From Gammaproteobacteria bacterium (GTDB lineage: Bacteria; Pseudomonadota; Gammaproteobacteria; Ga0077536): a stretch of 64,000 bases of DNA. The notes beneath the pieces are model-generated. The model was not told the origin of the DNA and made no database searches. It saw only the letters and a list, made by a program, of their open reading frames with translations. This document shows, in pieces, positions 50,487 through 61,559 of this stretch (position 1 is its first letter; every line of letters starts with the position of its first letter). Where the stretch lies: NCBI GenBank assembly GCA_963662545.2, contig CAXXLL010000002.1, forward strand, positions 768,001 through 832,000, read 5' to 3'. The translations under genes were made by a program, and so were the position numbers.

Positions 50487-51845
50487 TCAGCGCGGCGCAA
50501 TATTCACCGGCATGCCGTAGCGTGTTTTCAAGGTCACGACCGCCTGGGGGATGATTGGATGACCCGCCAACGGGCGCGCGCGGAAGCGCTGCAACAATTG
50601 TGCAAGTACTAGCTGGACTTCGAGCATCGCCATGCCGGCCCCGATGCAGGCACGCGGACCGGCAGCAAACGGCAGGTAACTATAAGAATGTCGCGACTCT
50701 GTTCGATTGGCGTCAAAGCGATCCGGATCGAAACGTTCCGGATCGGGCCAATAATCACGGTGCCGGTGCAGCGCATACAGGGTGATCGCGATATAGGCAT
50801 CACGCGGAATGCGGTACCCGCCGAACTCGGTTTCTTCGGTACAGCGTCGCGCGATGCCCCATACCGGCGGATATAAACGCATGCTTTCCTGCACCACCTG
50901 TTTCAGATACGGCAACTGCGGGAGATCACTGCTTGCGGCAGCTCGGCCGCCCAATACACGGGTAAGTTCTTCGCACAGACGCGCTTCCACATCCGGTTGT
51001 TGCGCAAGAAGGTAAAACGTCCAGGTTAAGGCCGTGGCGGAGGTTTCATGACCTGCGAGCATGAGGGTGATGATTTCGTCGCGAATCTGCGCCTCGCTCA
51101 TCCCTTCACCCGTTTCTTCGTCGCGCGCCGCCAGCAGGCGGTCAACGATGTCGTTCCCTGAACCATCCCCCTCACGATGCGTCGCCACCAGGCCATCGAC
51201 GATTTCTTCAAGACGCCGCTTAATGCGCAAAAATCGCCGGTTACTCGGCAGGGGCAGCCATGGGTACAAAGTCATGAACGCGCTGAACTGTAGCGGATGC
51301 TGATTGACGACTGCGAGGATGTTCACCATCTCGTCGGCGATGTCGTCGATATCCGCACCGAACAGCGTACGGACTACGACCTGGAAGGTGATGCGACTCA
51401 TGTCATGATCGAGCCATACGACTTCATCGGCACGTTTGCCTACCCATTGTGTTGCAAGATGGGCAGTCAACTCATTAATCGTAGTATCGAACGCATTGAT
51501 CGTGCGACTGGAAAACACCGGTTGCATCAAGCGACGCTGGCGCGTCCAGTCTGGCCCGTCGTTGGTCACCAGGCCATTACCCAGGGTACGCGCGATCACG
51601 CGGTAATCGATCGTGTTCTTGGTGTACTTGGGATATGCCTGGGTGAGGATTTGGCGTACGTAATCCGGGTGATTGATGGAATATACCGGGAAAAATCCTC
51701 TGAATCGCACCACGTCTCCATACTCTCGCGTGAGCCCCAGCAGAAATTCGGGCGGACTCTGGCTGAACATGCGGAATAGACCGCGTAATCGTGGCCCGGG
51801 CGGAAGCGGCAGGTCGGTGGTACTCGAGGACTTTGTTACAAGCAT
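50487..51845 (-). CDS. Cytochrome P450
   Basis: AGHETS, ESMR, PERFDP and FAAGPRACIG motifs. Confidence 0.92.
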   Translation of the reverse strand: MLVTKSSSTTDLPLPPGPRLRGLFRMFSQSPPEFLLGLTREYGDVVRFRGFFPVYSINHPDYVRQILTQAYPKYTKNTIDYRVIARTLGNGLVTNDGPDWTRQRRLMQPVFSSRTINAFDTTINELTAHLATQWVGKRADEVVWLDHDMSRITFQVVVRTLFGADIDDIADEMVNILAVVNQHPLQFSAFMTLYPWLPLPSNRRFLRIKRRLEEIVDGLVATHREGDGSGNDIVDRLLAARDEETGEGMSEAQIRDEIITLMLAGHETSATALTWTFYLLAQQPDVEARLCEELTRVLGGRAAASSDLPQLPYLKQVVQESMRLYPPVWGIARRCTEETEFGGYRIPRDAYIAITLYALHRHRDYWPDPERFDPDRFDANRTESRHSYSYLPFAAGPRACIGAGMAMLEVQLVLAQLLQRFRARPLAGHPIIPQAVVTLKTRYGMPVNIAPR

Positions 51846-52062
51846 CGCTTTGCTATAGTTGCTGAACCGATATTCGCGCGCGAGGATCGCTGACGAGAGA
51901 ACTTGAACCTCTCGCACTTTCCGCGCGATCTTTTCTCTACAGGTAATCCAATCGGATTGAGAGTTGGTTCATCGTATCAGGCGGCCTGGTTCTCGCATAC
52001 AGAAGATCGCCATTGTGAATGGTCCAGGCCGCGCCATTGGCGTATAACAACGAGGAAATTCG

Positions 52063-53292
52063 ATGCAAAAGTCAGAATTTTATAGTGATGCGCGTGACGA
52101 TCTGACCGGTCCACTGGCGGGCGTGCGTGTCGTCGAGGCAACGACGACGTGGGCCGGCCCAATGGCCGGATGCATGCTCGCCGACTTCGGCGCAACCGTT
52201 ATCAAGGTCGAGCATCCGGCCGGCGAAGTGATTCGTCGGCTTCCGCCGACCTTGCCGGACAGCTACTTATTCCTCGGCAACGAAATGGTCAATCGGAACA
52301 AGCAGAACATAACCGTCGACCTGCACAAGCCCGAAGGCGTCGAAATCTTCCTGAAGCTTGGCGAGACGGCCGATATTGTCATCGAAAATTTTCGCCCCGG
52401 CACGATGGCTTCGTGGGGGGTAGGCTACGAGGACGTCAAGCGCAGAAACCCGGCCGTCGTATATGTATCGATAAGTGGGTTTGGTCAATTCGGACCGTTG
52501 TCAGAACGGGTTGGCTACGATCCAATCGCGCAGTTTTATTCCGGATGGGCGGCGCAAAACGGCGAAATCGAAGGTCTTCCAGTCAAGGCGGGTACGTTCT
52601 TGTGTGACGATCTGGCCGGTGTGCATGGCGCCATTTCGGCGCTTGCTGCGCTCCACCATGCCAAGGAGACCGGCGAAGGCCAGCACGTCGATGTCGCGCT
52701 CGTCGATGCGATTCAATTCCAGAGTGACGGCTACTTGACCGCCGGTGCATTGGGCATGCCACTGCAGCGCTGGGGCAGCCAATTTGCCATCGCCGCGCCG
52801 GTCAATCGGTACGCCTGCACGGACGGTTACGTCTATGCGGGAGTCCTACTGGACACCCACTGGCAGCGGCTCGCAGACATCATGGAGCGCCCGGATCTCA
52901 AGACGGACGAACGTTACGCGACGAATCTTGCGCGTGTTCAGCCGGGTAACCGCGAGGACGTCGACGGTTTTCTTAGCGACTGGTGTGCGGCACGATCCAC
53001 CGCTTCGGTGGAGTCCATATTTGAGACCGCGGGAATACCCGCGACACGGGTAAACACTTTCACGGAGGTCGCCGAGAAATCCCATACCAGCGCACGCGAT
53101 ATGTTGCAGGCCACCGAGCTGTCCGATGGGTCCGTCGTCCCGTTGACCGGTCCGGCTGCGAAATTTTCGAGAACACCGACGCGCATACGATCCGCGGCAC
53201 CGCCTCTGGGCAAGCACACCAGTAAGATTCTCCTGGAACTGGGCTACGGTGAATCGGAGATTTACGCGCTTTCGGAAAAGCACGTCGTCTAG
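52063..53292 (+). CDS. CaiB/BaiF family III CoA transferase
   Basis: AGP..LADFGA.VIKVE, NRNK, ENFRPG and GYD motifs. Confidence 0.92.
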   Translation: MQKSEFYSDARDDLTGPLAGVRVVEATTTWAGPMAGCMLADFGATVIKVEHPAGEVIRRLPPTLPDSYLFLGNEMVNRNKQNITVDLHKPEGVEIFLKLGETADIVIENFRPGTMASWGVGYEDVKRRNPAVVYVSISGFGQFGPLSERVGYDPIAQFYSGWAAQNGEIEGLPVKAGTFLCDDLAGVHGAISALAALHHAKETGEGQHVDVALVDAIQFQSDGYLTAGALGMPLQRWGSQFAIAAPVNRYACTDGYVYAGVLLDTHWQRLADIMERPDLKTDERYATNLARVQPGNREDVDGFLSDWCAARSTASVESIFETAGIPATRVNTFTEVAEKSHTSARDMLQATELSDGSVVPLTGPAAKFSRTPTRIRSAAPPLGKHTSKILLELGYGESEIYALSEKHVV

Positions 53293-53561
53293 GCGCAAGG
53301 CGAAAACCGATCCCGATATTCTTTAGGCGGTGCTCGTGTCACGACGCCACCTGCGTTGAGCGCGGCGAACGCCGGCGCGCGGGCGCCGCGATTGCCCGGT
53401 CACGGGTGAACCACGCGGTAGTCTTCGGACAAACCACGGCGTCTTGTATGCTGCGGCCGGCGGTACCCACTCAAACGTTCGGTTAGGGAAAGTCGTTATA
53501 CTTCCTGTTCGCAATGCACTGGCCTGCTCGAAACGCAGGAACAATAATAGAGATCTCACCC

Positions 53562-54773
53562 ATGGGACGAACTCGGGAAACCGTCGAGGTAGCCTCCGAA
53601 CGAATTGCTCGATTGATCGAAGACGAGCGACGCACGAAACCCAAGGCCACCAAGGACGGCGATGTTTTGCCAACCGTCGAGGCGATCACGTGCGAATGGC
53701 TGACGGACGTATTGTGCGGTAAGGCTAACGGTACGGAAGTAATCGACTTCGAGATCACTCTAGTCAGTGCCGGCACACACGCTCGGCATCGTCTGCAAGT
53801 GACCTACAATCAAGAAGCTGACGGGACGAATCTGCCGACCTCGCTCTTCACCAAAACGCTGCCGACCGTGGAGAATCGCATGATGGTTGGCATCACGGGC
53901 CATGCCCGCACAGAGGGCGGGTTTTACACGCAGTTGCGCCCCGAACTCGAACTTGAGATTCCCAGCTGTTACCACTCTACGGTGGACCGCGAATCTTGCG
54001 CCGCTATTCATATACTCGAAGACTTGGTGGCAACAAAGGGCGCGACGTTTACGAACTACGAGACCTATGTCACGCGTGAGATGGCGGAAGATATGATTGA
54101 TCTCCTGGCAGGTCTTCACGGCCATTTCTACAACGACCCCAGATTCGAGAACGTATTCAAATGGGTTGCCCCTTTTACCCGATGGTTCATGGGGGGAGTT
54201 ACCAAACTCCGCGTCGACCGCTCCACCGAGTTGGCACTGACGCAAGCCGCAGACCGCATTCCCGAACGCCTGCTCGCTAGACGCGACGATATCTGGCCGG
54301 CGACGCTGAACGCGTTGAAGTTACATGATGAACAACCGGAGACGTTCTTGCATTCCGACGTTCACATCGGTAACTGGTATCAAACGCATAAGGGCCGGAT
54401 GGGGTTGTGCGATTGGCAGTGCGCTGGTCGCGGGCATTGGTCCCGGGATCTGGCGTACGCGATCTCCGGGGCACTGCGCATTGAAGATCGACGCACGTGG
54501 GAGAAAGAATTAGTGCGGCGCTACCTGTTCCGCTTGGAAGAAGTATCCGGTCAGTCATTTGATTACGAAGAGGCGTGGATGTTCTATCGGCAGCAAATGT
54601 TTCATGCGCTGTTGAATTGGACACCGACGCTTTGTCCTTCGGAGCATATACCGGCCACAATGCAGACCGAAGAAATGTCACTCACCATGATCGAACGCAT
54701 GACCGCGGCGATCGACGACCTTGATTCGATTGATAGCTTTAAGGAACCTCTGAATAAGTCATGGTGCGTCTGA
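53562..54773 (+). CDS. APH/choline-kinase-like phosphotransferase; 3' end runs into the MITE
   Basis: LHSDVHIGN and DWQ motifs; the last ~10 codons are MITE-derived. Confidence 0.8.
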   Translation: MGRTRETVEVASERIARLIEDERRTKPKATKDGDVLPTVEAITCEWLTDVLCGKANGTEVIDFEITLVSAGTHARHRLQVTYNQEADGTNLPTSLFTKTLPTVENRMMVGITGHARTEGGFYTQLRPELELEIPSCYHSTVDRESCAAIHILEDLVATKGATFTNYETYVTREMAEDMIDLLAGLHGHFYNDPRFENVFKWVAPFTRWFMGGVTKLRVDRSTELALTQAADRIPERLLARRDDIWPATLNALKLHDEQPETFLHSDVHIGNWYQTHKGRMGLCDWQCAGRGHWSRDLAYAISGALRIEDRRTWEKELVRRYLFRLEEVSGQSFDYEEAWMFYRQQMFHALLNWTPTLCPSEHIPATMQTEEMSLTMIERMTAAIDDLDSIDSFKEPLNKSWCV

Positions 54774-54904
54774 ATTGTTCATGCAATTGTGCAGATCAAG
54801 GCACGAAGCGCAGGCAATAGCGGGGACTAGGGCTAAGCTTCGTAACGCGGAGCTGCGCGATTTCATGGGCAAGGCAGATGTGCCATGACTTATTCAGAGG
54901 TTCC
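54743..54904 (+). mobile_element. 162-bp MITE copy 3
   Basis: Same TIRs and interior as copy 1; flanks TTAA/TAAA (imperfect TSD). Confidence 0.92.
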
Positions 54905-55173
54905 TAAAGGCTTTGTGATCCCTTCGTTCTCGCGGATCCGCCCGGCACTCGCTGACGGATGGATGCGAGAGGACTAAGCCGAGACAAACGATGACGCGGA
55001 GCAGTAATGTTCAGTAATGTTCAAGGGGTCAGATCCCTTGACAGCACCATCCTGCTATCAAATTGAGCGCCGATTCAATTTTGAACTCGGTCTCGCTGCG
55101 ACGGGGAACCCTCTCGCGGCTTGGATCTCTAATACCTCGCCATGTCACAAGCTGCTTACTGGTGAAACATCTT

Positions 55174-56556
55174 ATGCCGTTGAAACACGCCCGCAGTGCG
55201 CTCGCGTTGATCGCGGCGGCCACGCTCGCTTATGGCGTCATGATGGTGCATGGGAACCAGATAGACCCGACTGCAAATCCGTCGATTGGGCAACGGCTCA
55301 CGTCCCTATCCGACGGCCCCGCCAGGGCCCGCCGCGAGACGATTGCCTGGATCACGCAACATCACCGCATGGATATGGCGCCAGCGCTCATCGCGGTAAT
55401 GCGCTACGCAGGCGTGGACCGCAGCGCCATCGCTGCGGCACTCGAGACCCTGACGGGCGAGTCTCACGGTGACGACTGGTTCGAATGGATGCTGTGGCAG
55501 CAGGCGCACCCGGAGATCGAGCCGGTGGCTGGCTTTGATGCGTTCAAGGCCGCGATCTTATCCCGAATCGATACGGACTTTCGCATTTTTCTATATGCCG
55601 GTGTCGAGCATGAAATCCGGCTCGAGGAGATCGTCTGGGGCGGGGTGACCAAGGACGGCATTCCGGCGCTCACCAATCCCGCGTTGATCGCCGCGGACGA
55701 AGCCGATTACCTGGGCGATAACGAACCCGTGTTCGGCATCGTGATCAACGGCGATGAGCGTGCTTATCCGTACCGGATCATGGACTGGCATGAAATGTTC
55801 AACGATGTCATCGGCGGAGTCCCTGTTTCGCTCGCCTACTGCACGCTCTGTGGGTCCGGTATCTTGTTCGAGACGGAGGTCGAAGGGCATGCGGCGCCTT
55901 TCATATTCGGTTCCTCAGGTTTCCTGTATCGATCTAATAAGTTGATGTATGACCAGCAAACGCATTCGCTTTGGAATCAGTTCACCGGGCGGCCGGTAGT
56001 GGGTGAACTCACTGGCTCAGGCGTAGAGCTCAAGGTCCGTGCGGTGGTGACCGCCACCTGGGGTGAATGGAAAGCGCGACACCCGGAGACCCGGGTTTTG
56101 TCGCTCGATACCGGGTATCGCCGGGACTACGACCCGGGCCGCCCCTACGGTGAGTACTTCGCCAGCCCTCATTTGATGTTCCCCGCGTTGACGGACGATC
56201 GTCGCCTCGCGGCAAAAGACCGGGTGTTCGGCCTGCGCGTCGCCGGCGCCAACAAAGCGTGGCCCCTGGCACTCTTCGAGGGCGGGCGGGTGATCAACGA
56301 CCGCGTTGGCGTGCTCGACATCGTGCTGATCGGGGATGCGCGGAGCGGCAGCGTCCGTGCCTACCGAGCGGGCGGATACGAATTCGAAACACTCGCCGGC
56401 GACAACACTAGATTGGTTGCCAACGGCGGCGAGTGGCGCGTGGAAGAAGCATCGCTGGTTGCGAGCAACGGCGAGCGCCTGTCCCGCCTGCCGGGTCATC
56501 TCGCGTACTGGTTTGCGTGGAGCAGCTACCTCGCCGGCGCCGAGTTCGGTGGGTAA
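55174..56556 (+). CDS. DUF3179-family protein
   Basis: GGV.KDGIPAL, RAYP..WHE..ND, YCTLCGSG, SNKLMYD and WFAW motifs. Confidence 0.85.
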   Translation: MPLKHARSALALIAAATLAYGVMMVHGNQIDPTANPSIGQRLTSLSDGPARARRETIAWITQHHRMDMAPALIAVMRYAGVDRSAIAAALETLTGESHGDDWFEWMLWQQAHPEIEPVAGFDAFKAAILSRIDTDFRIFLYAGVEHEIRLEEIVWGGVTKDGIPALTNPALIAADEADYLGDNEPVFGIVINGDERAYPYRIMDWHEMFNDVIGGVPVSLAYCTLCGSGILFETEVEGHAAPFIFGSSGFLYRSNKLMYDQQTHSLWNQFTGRPVVGELTGSGVELKVRAVVTATWGEWKARHPETRVLSLDTGYRRDYDPGRPYGEYFASPHLMFPALTDDRRLAAKDRVFGLRVAGANKAWPLALFEGGRVINDRVGVLDIVLIGDARSGSVRAYRAGGYEFETLAGDNTRLVANGGEWRVEEASLVASNGERLSRLPGHLAYWFAWSSYLAGAEFGG

Positions 56557-57039
56557 ATGATGAAAAAAGTCGCGCTCTTCGTCGATGTCCAGAACATTTA
56601 CTATACGGTCAAGGAGGGTCATGGCACTCACTTCGACTACAGCATCTTCTGGGAAGAAGTCACTTCCGGCAGAGAGGTCGTGAAGGCATTTGCTTATGCC
56701 ATCGATCGCGGCGATCCGAAGCAGATCGGCTTCCAGCAGATCCTCAGCGGCATCGGTTTCGAGATCAAGTTAAAGCCCTTCATCCGTCGACGCGACGGCT
56801 CCGCCAAGGGCGACTGGGACGTGGGCATTACCGTCGACCTCCTCGAATACGCACCGGAGGTGGACGTCGTTGTTCTGGCCTCGGGAGACGGCGACTTCGA
56901 CCTCGCGGTCGAGAAGATAAGAAAGAAACACAAGGTCGCCGTCGAAGTCTACGGCGTCCCGGGCCTCACCGCCGCCTCGTTGATCGAGGCCGCGGATCGC
57001 TACGTACGGATCGAAGGCAAATTTCTTCTAAAGACGTAG
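56557..57039 (+). CDS. NYN-domain (LabA/DUF88) protein
   Basis: FVDVQN, KGDWDV and SGDGDF motifs. Confidence 0.9.
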   Translation: MMKKVALFVDVQNIYYTVKEGHGTHFDYSIFWEEVTSGREVVKAFAYAIDRGDPKQIGFQQILSGIGFEIKLKPFIRRRDGSAKGDWDVGITVDLLEYAPEVDVVVLASGDGDFDLAVEKIRKKHKVAVEVYGVPGLTAASLIEAADRYVRIEGKFLLKT

Positions 57040-57122
57040 TCCCGCGCAGGGCGCAACAGACAGCGATGCGAATTTGCGCTAAATTGGCGCTCCCATGAAT
57101 TCAATGCGACGAGGATGACAAG

Positions 57123-57773
57123 ATGAGTCTTTACGGTGATACCCATCGCGCTCTGCAGGATCAATTCGATACCGGCAGGATGGCCATTCTGCTCGAGGAG
57201 ATGGACACCCATGAGGTCGAGGAACAACACAAGGCGTTCATCGAATCACGTGACATGTTTTGGCTGGCCACCGTCGACGCTGAAGGGCGGCCACAATGCC
57301 AATACAAAGGCGGCGAGCCCGGCTTCATACGTGTAATCGACCCGAAAACCGTGGTCTTTCCTAGTTACAACGGCAACGGCCGCTACCACTCATTGGGCAA
57401 TATCGGCGCGACATCAAAAATCGGGATGCTGTTTCTCGATTTCGAGACACCCAACCGACTCCGTCTTCAGGGCGAAGCATCGGTGAGCGCCGACGATCCC
57501 TTGCTTAGCGAATACCAGGAAGCGGAACTCATCATTCGGGTCAAGGTGACGGACGTCATCATTAACTGCCCGCGCTATATCCACAAAATGAAACGCGTAG
57601 AGCAATCGCGCTACGTACCGAGCGCAGGTAAGGAAACGCCGTATGCGGAATGGAAGCGCATCGATATGGTTCAAGATGCGTTGCCAGCCCAGGATCAGGG
57701 TAGGGCCGCCGATGCGGGTGGCACTATTACCATGGACGAGTGGGTAGAGAATCTGATGGAAGGAAACGGCTAG
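57123..57773 (+). CDS. Pyridoxamine 5'-phosphate oxidase-family FMN-binding protein
   Basis: YKGGEPGF, Y.GNG..SLGNI and NCPRYIH motifs. Confidence 0.88.
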   Translation: MSLYGDTHRALQDQFDTGRMAILLEEMDTHEVEEQHKAFIESRDMFWLATVDAEGRPQCQYKGGEPGFIRVIDPKTVVFPSYNGNGRYHSLGNIGATSKIGMLFLDFETPNRLRLQGEASVSADDPLLSEYQEAELIIRVKVTDVIINCPRYIHKMKRVEQSRYVPSAGKETPYAEWKRIDMVQDALPAQDQGRAADAGGTITMDEWVENLMEGNG

Positions 57774-57779
57774 AAATAT

Positions 57780-57829
57780 AAGGGGTCGGTGACAAATAAT
57801 TTTGGCAATAAATCTGTTACCGACTCCTT
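57780..57829. repeat. REP-like inverted doublet (same family as 48507)
   Basis: AAGGGGTCGGTGACAAAT...ATCTGTTACCGACTCCTT. Confidence 0.7.
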
Positions 57830-57846
57830 CATAAATTTTAAGGTAG

Positions 57847-58769
57847 ATGCTGCAGATCTGCCGCCTTGAACGCGATGCTTATCTGCGTATTGAATCCCTT
57901 ACTAATGTTGAGTCGCTTGCACAGAGCAGCCTAAAAGCGTGCGCCACGTTGTATCCGTCACAATAAGTAACAAATGCTGATAAAAACCAGTTGTCGCTGG
58001 AAAAAAGTGACAGTCACGATTTCGGCCGATCCCCTTTAATCTGCGGCGAAAATGTCCTTACACCGACCTACAAGCTTGCGCGCTTTGAGTGTACTACCAT
58101 AGTGATATGGCAGGTCCTGTTCGTATTTCAGTTGCAAACCGCCTTGCGGAACTCGGATTGCGGAAAACGCTGATTGCCGTGAAGAGCGTCAGCGGCTACG
58201 CCGTGAGCCGCATCCGAAAAATCGATAGCTCTGTCGAATTGACCCAATTGGGTTCGTTTTCTTCTAAACACGTACCCGTAATTGGGCGTGTCGGTATTCC
58301 AGATCCGCAACTCGGCATCACCTGGAAGAACAGTATGCCGTTTTACGGTAAATGGTTTGACGATATCGGCGAAACCGATCCGGGTTATCGCATAAGAAAA
58401 AACATTTCGTCCCTGTCGCATGAAAACCAACTCGCGCAGATTGGACGAGATGAACAGTACGCCCTGGTAGGAAGCTACTATTCGGTCTTCCAGACAATTA
58501 TGGAAGTAAAGCGACGGGTACCGCTGGTATTGATCGACGATGCCTATTTGTCGCTCGTGAGCTTTCCAGTCATATTGCCTAAGATCGAAGACAAAGACTT
58601 TGAAAACGAACTTCTGGATGTGCTGCGCAGGTTAATAAGACGGGACGAACCCGGCCACGACGATCCGGCAATTCAACCAGCAGGTGTCGATGGAATAGAA
58701 GTCGACGAAATATCCGCCGATGACATCGACAACTATCTCCCACGAGTTATAACTGAATCTGGTGTTTGA
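57847..58769 (+). pseudogene. Degraded hypothetical gene with the IS256 inserted near its 3' end
   Basis: ATG 57847, in-frame TAA 57964-57966, frame change near 58089. Removing the IS restores NYLPPSKG*. Confidence 0.4.
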
Positions 58770-60129
58770 GCGAATTGAATAAAGGCGGCGTATCTGGTTG
58801 AAATGTTGTTACCAAGCAGCAAGCCAACCAAAGAGGATACGCCACCATGAGAGAGAGTAACGTTGTTGAATTATCAGGTCGAGAAGGAATACCAGATCCG
58901 TTGACGGAGGTCTTGAGAAACGGTGCTCGGGCTCTGATTGAACGAGCGGTTGAAATCGAGCTGGCAGAATATATGGCGCAGTATTCAGGACATCGCACGG
59001 CGGACGACAAAGCAGGTGTGGTTCGCAACGGCTACTTGCCGGAACGCCAGTTGCAGACGGGCTTGGGGCCGGTGACGGTGAGGATCCCGAAGGTTCGTTC
59101 GAAGCTCGGCGAGCCGGTGACCTTCCGTTCAGCGCTGGTGCCGCCGTATGTGCGCAAGACAAGAACCTTGGAGGCGGCCGTGCCGTGGCTGTATTTGAAG
59201 GGCGTTTCCAGTGGCGAAATGGGCGCTGCGCTGGAAGTTTTGTTGGGGCCGCAGGCGAAGGGCCTGTCGGCGAGCACAGTGTCGCGCTTGAAGCAGGTGT
59301 GGGCGCAAGAATACCGCGACTGGTGCGAGGGGCGATTGGACCAAGACCGCTGGGTGTAGGTGTGGGCGGACGGTGTCTACAGTGGCCTGCGGGCGGAGCA
59401 CACGAAGCTGTGTGCGTTGGTGGTGATCGGCGTCAATGAGCGAGGCGAGAAGCGTTTTTTGGCGATGGAGGATGGTGTGCGGGAGTCCACGCAGAGCTGG
59501 CGCGAGGTGTTGCTGAAATTGAAGTCACGCGGGATGAATATTCCCAAGCTGGCGATCGGGGACGGTGCCATGGGCTTCTGGGCCGCACTGGAGGAAGTCT
59601 ACGGTGAGACCCGCCAGCAACGCTGCTGGATGCACAAGACGATGAACGTGCTGAACTGCCTACCGAAGTCAGCACAGGCCAAAGCCAAGCAAGCCCTGCA
59701 CGCGATCTGGCAGGCCGCGACAAAGGCCGACGCCGAGAAGGCGTTCGAGCTGTTCCTCAAGACCTATGAACCGAAGTATCCCAAGGCGACCCTGTGCCTA
59801 CAGAAAGACCGTGAGGAGTTGCTGGCGTTCTATGATTTTCCGGCACCACATTGGCAAAGCATTCGCACGAGCAATCCGATTGAATCCACCTTCGCTACGA
59901 TCCGGCACCGGACCCGGCGCTCCAAGGGCGGTCTCTCTCGGGACGGCATGCTCCATATGATGTTCAAGCTGGGGCGGTGTGCGCAGAAGAATTGGCGACG
60001 CCTACGTGGATTCGACTACCTGGCCAAGGTGATTACTGGAGTTAAATTTGAAGATGGTATCGAGGTGACAAGGGTCAATCAGGTCGCCGCTTGATTCAAC
60101 CGCCTGAACACCACTTTTGACAATAACTC
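58744..60129 (+). mobile_element. IS256-family element; transposase 58847-60094 has an internal TAG (59357-59359)
   Basis: Imperfect TIRs GAGTTAT...GGTGTT; 9-bp TSD ATCTCCCAC; RNGY, DG, QRCWMHK and TSNPIES motifs. Confidence 0.93.
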
Positions 60130-60476
60130 ATCTCCCACCGAGTAAGGGTTGATTCGCCCTTTTCGCGAAGTAGCCAGTCAAGCGTCTTATCTAGCACGAC
60201 GATGGGAATTTCGCCGCTCGTCTTAGCCTGATAGACCGATTCAAAGAGGCAGATCGCTTCAACGGGGTAAAAGATCTGGGTCGGATCGTGCCTTTCGCCT
60301 CGCGAGTTCGTATCGACATCACAATCTTACTCGTACGGCGATACTACAATTCGCAGTAGCCACCGATCGGTTTGACGGTAAAGGCGCCGCTCTGATCAAA
60401 AGTCGGGGACAAACCACGTTGTCTCAGTCCACTATTTCCAAAAGAACGGTCAATCAACCTACGCGGGGAGAGTTTA

Positions 60477-61454
60477 ATGACACAAGCAAATCTGGGTGCG
60501 GATCCGCATAGCGGTACGCCGATTGTCGTCGATGATGCCTTCACGACGCTAACGCTGAACCAAGACAAGGACAATCCGCGTATCGCGCGCATCACTTTCA
60601 ACCGACCACAGCGATTGAATGCCATTACCTTCGACACCTCAGGCGAGATACGCCGTGCGGTTGAGGTGGCAAACCGTGTGGACGAAGTGCATGTGATCGT
60701 GGTGCAGGGCGCGGGGCCGGCGTTTTGTGCTGGCTACGATATCGGTCTGTTCGGGGAGAGTGAAATTGAACATCCATGCAGGCAGGAAGCGCAACCATGG
60801 GATCCGATGCTCGATTACCGCACGATGCGCGCTTACACCGACGACTTCATGAGCTTATGGCATTCGCACAAGCCAACCATCGCCAGAGTCCACAAATACG
60901 CTATTGCTGGCGGCTCCGATATTGCGCTGTGCTGTGATCAGATCGTGATGGAAACATCCGCGCGCATTGGTTACATGCCAGTTCGTGTCTGGGGCTGCCC
61001 GACGACGGCGCACTGGACTTATCGCGTGGGGCCTGAGCGCGCAAAACGCATGCTGTTAACCGGCGATTTGATCGACGGCACCACCGCTGCACAGTGGGGC
61101 CTGGTGGGAGAGGCGGTAGCCGCAGACCAACTTGATGTGGCAGTAGACGCGCTCGCGGCACGCATCGCCGCTGTCCCAAGCGGCATGCTGATGATGCAGA
61201 AAATGGTGGTTAACGAAGCCATTGAGCGTATGGCGCTGCTTTCGAGTCAGACGCTGGCCACAATGTTCGATGGCATTACCCGGCACAACCCGGAAGGAAT
61301 CTGGTTCCGGCGTCATGCAAAAGTACATGGGTTCAAAGCAGCCGTTGAATGGCGCGATTCCGGCCGCCCCATCCCGGAGGGCGATACCGCACGAGCTGCG
61401 ATTAAAGAGCTCGATGCCCTGATCGCGTCCACGGGAAACCAGTCGCAAGATTAG
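60477..61454 (+). CDS. Crotonase/enoyl-CoA hydratase-family protein
   Basis: NRP..LNA, FCAGYD and KPTIA.V..YAIAGG motifs. Confidence 0.88.
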   Translation: MTQANLGADPHSGTPIVVDDAFTTLTLNQDKDNPRIARITFNRPQRLNAITFDTSGEIRRAVEVANRVDEVHVIVVQGAGPAFCAGYDIGLFGESEIEHPCRQEAQPWDPMLDYRTMRAYTDDFMSLWHSHKPTIARVHKYAIAGGSDIALCCDQIVMETSARIGYMPVRVWGCPTTAHWTYRVGPERAKRMLLTGDLIDGTTAAQWGLVGEAVAADQLDVAVDALAARIAAVPSGMLMMQKMVVNEAIERMALLSSQTLATMFDGITRHNPEGIWFRRHAKVHGFKAAVEWRDSGRPIPEGDTARAAIKELDALIASTGNQSQD

Positions 61455-61559
61455 CGCCAACTCGGATCAGGTCGCATCTTTTACTCACCTGTTAGCACAG
61501 GGAAAAACGTAATGCCCAAGTCACGAGGCTTACTTTAGATTCCCGCGCAAGATGTGCTG

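Noticed and set aside
53323-53673. Arg-rich minus-strand ORF or transposase remnant
   Set aside because: No recognisable motif, and it overlaps the phosphotransferase start on the opposite strand.
55174-56556. Selenoprotein form of DUF3179
   Set aside because: There is no in-frame TGA; the motif is Cys-based (YCTLC).
56557-57039. NYN nuclease as a defence system
   Set aside because: It is a stand-alone LabA/DUF88 protein, a common family, with no defence partner genes adjacent.
47409-59359. Amber recoding (pyrrolysine or alternative genetic code) from two in-frame TAGs
   Set aside because: The stops appear to replace different residues (probably Gln and Tyr), many genes here end normally in TAG, and no pyl genes are present.
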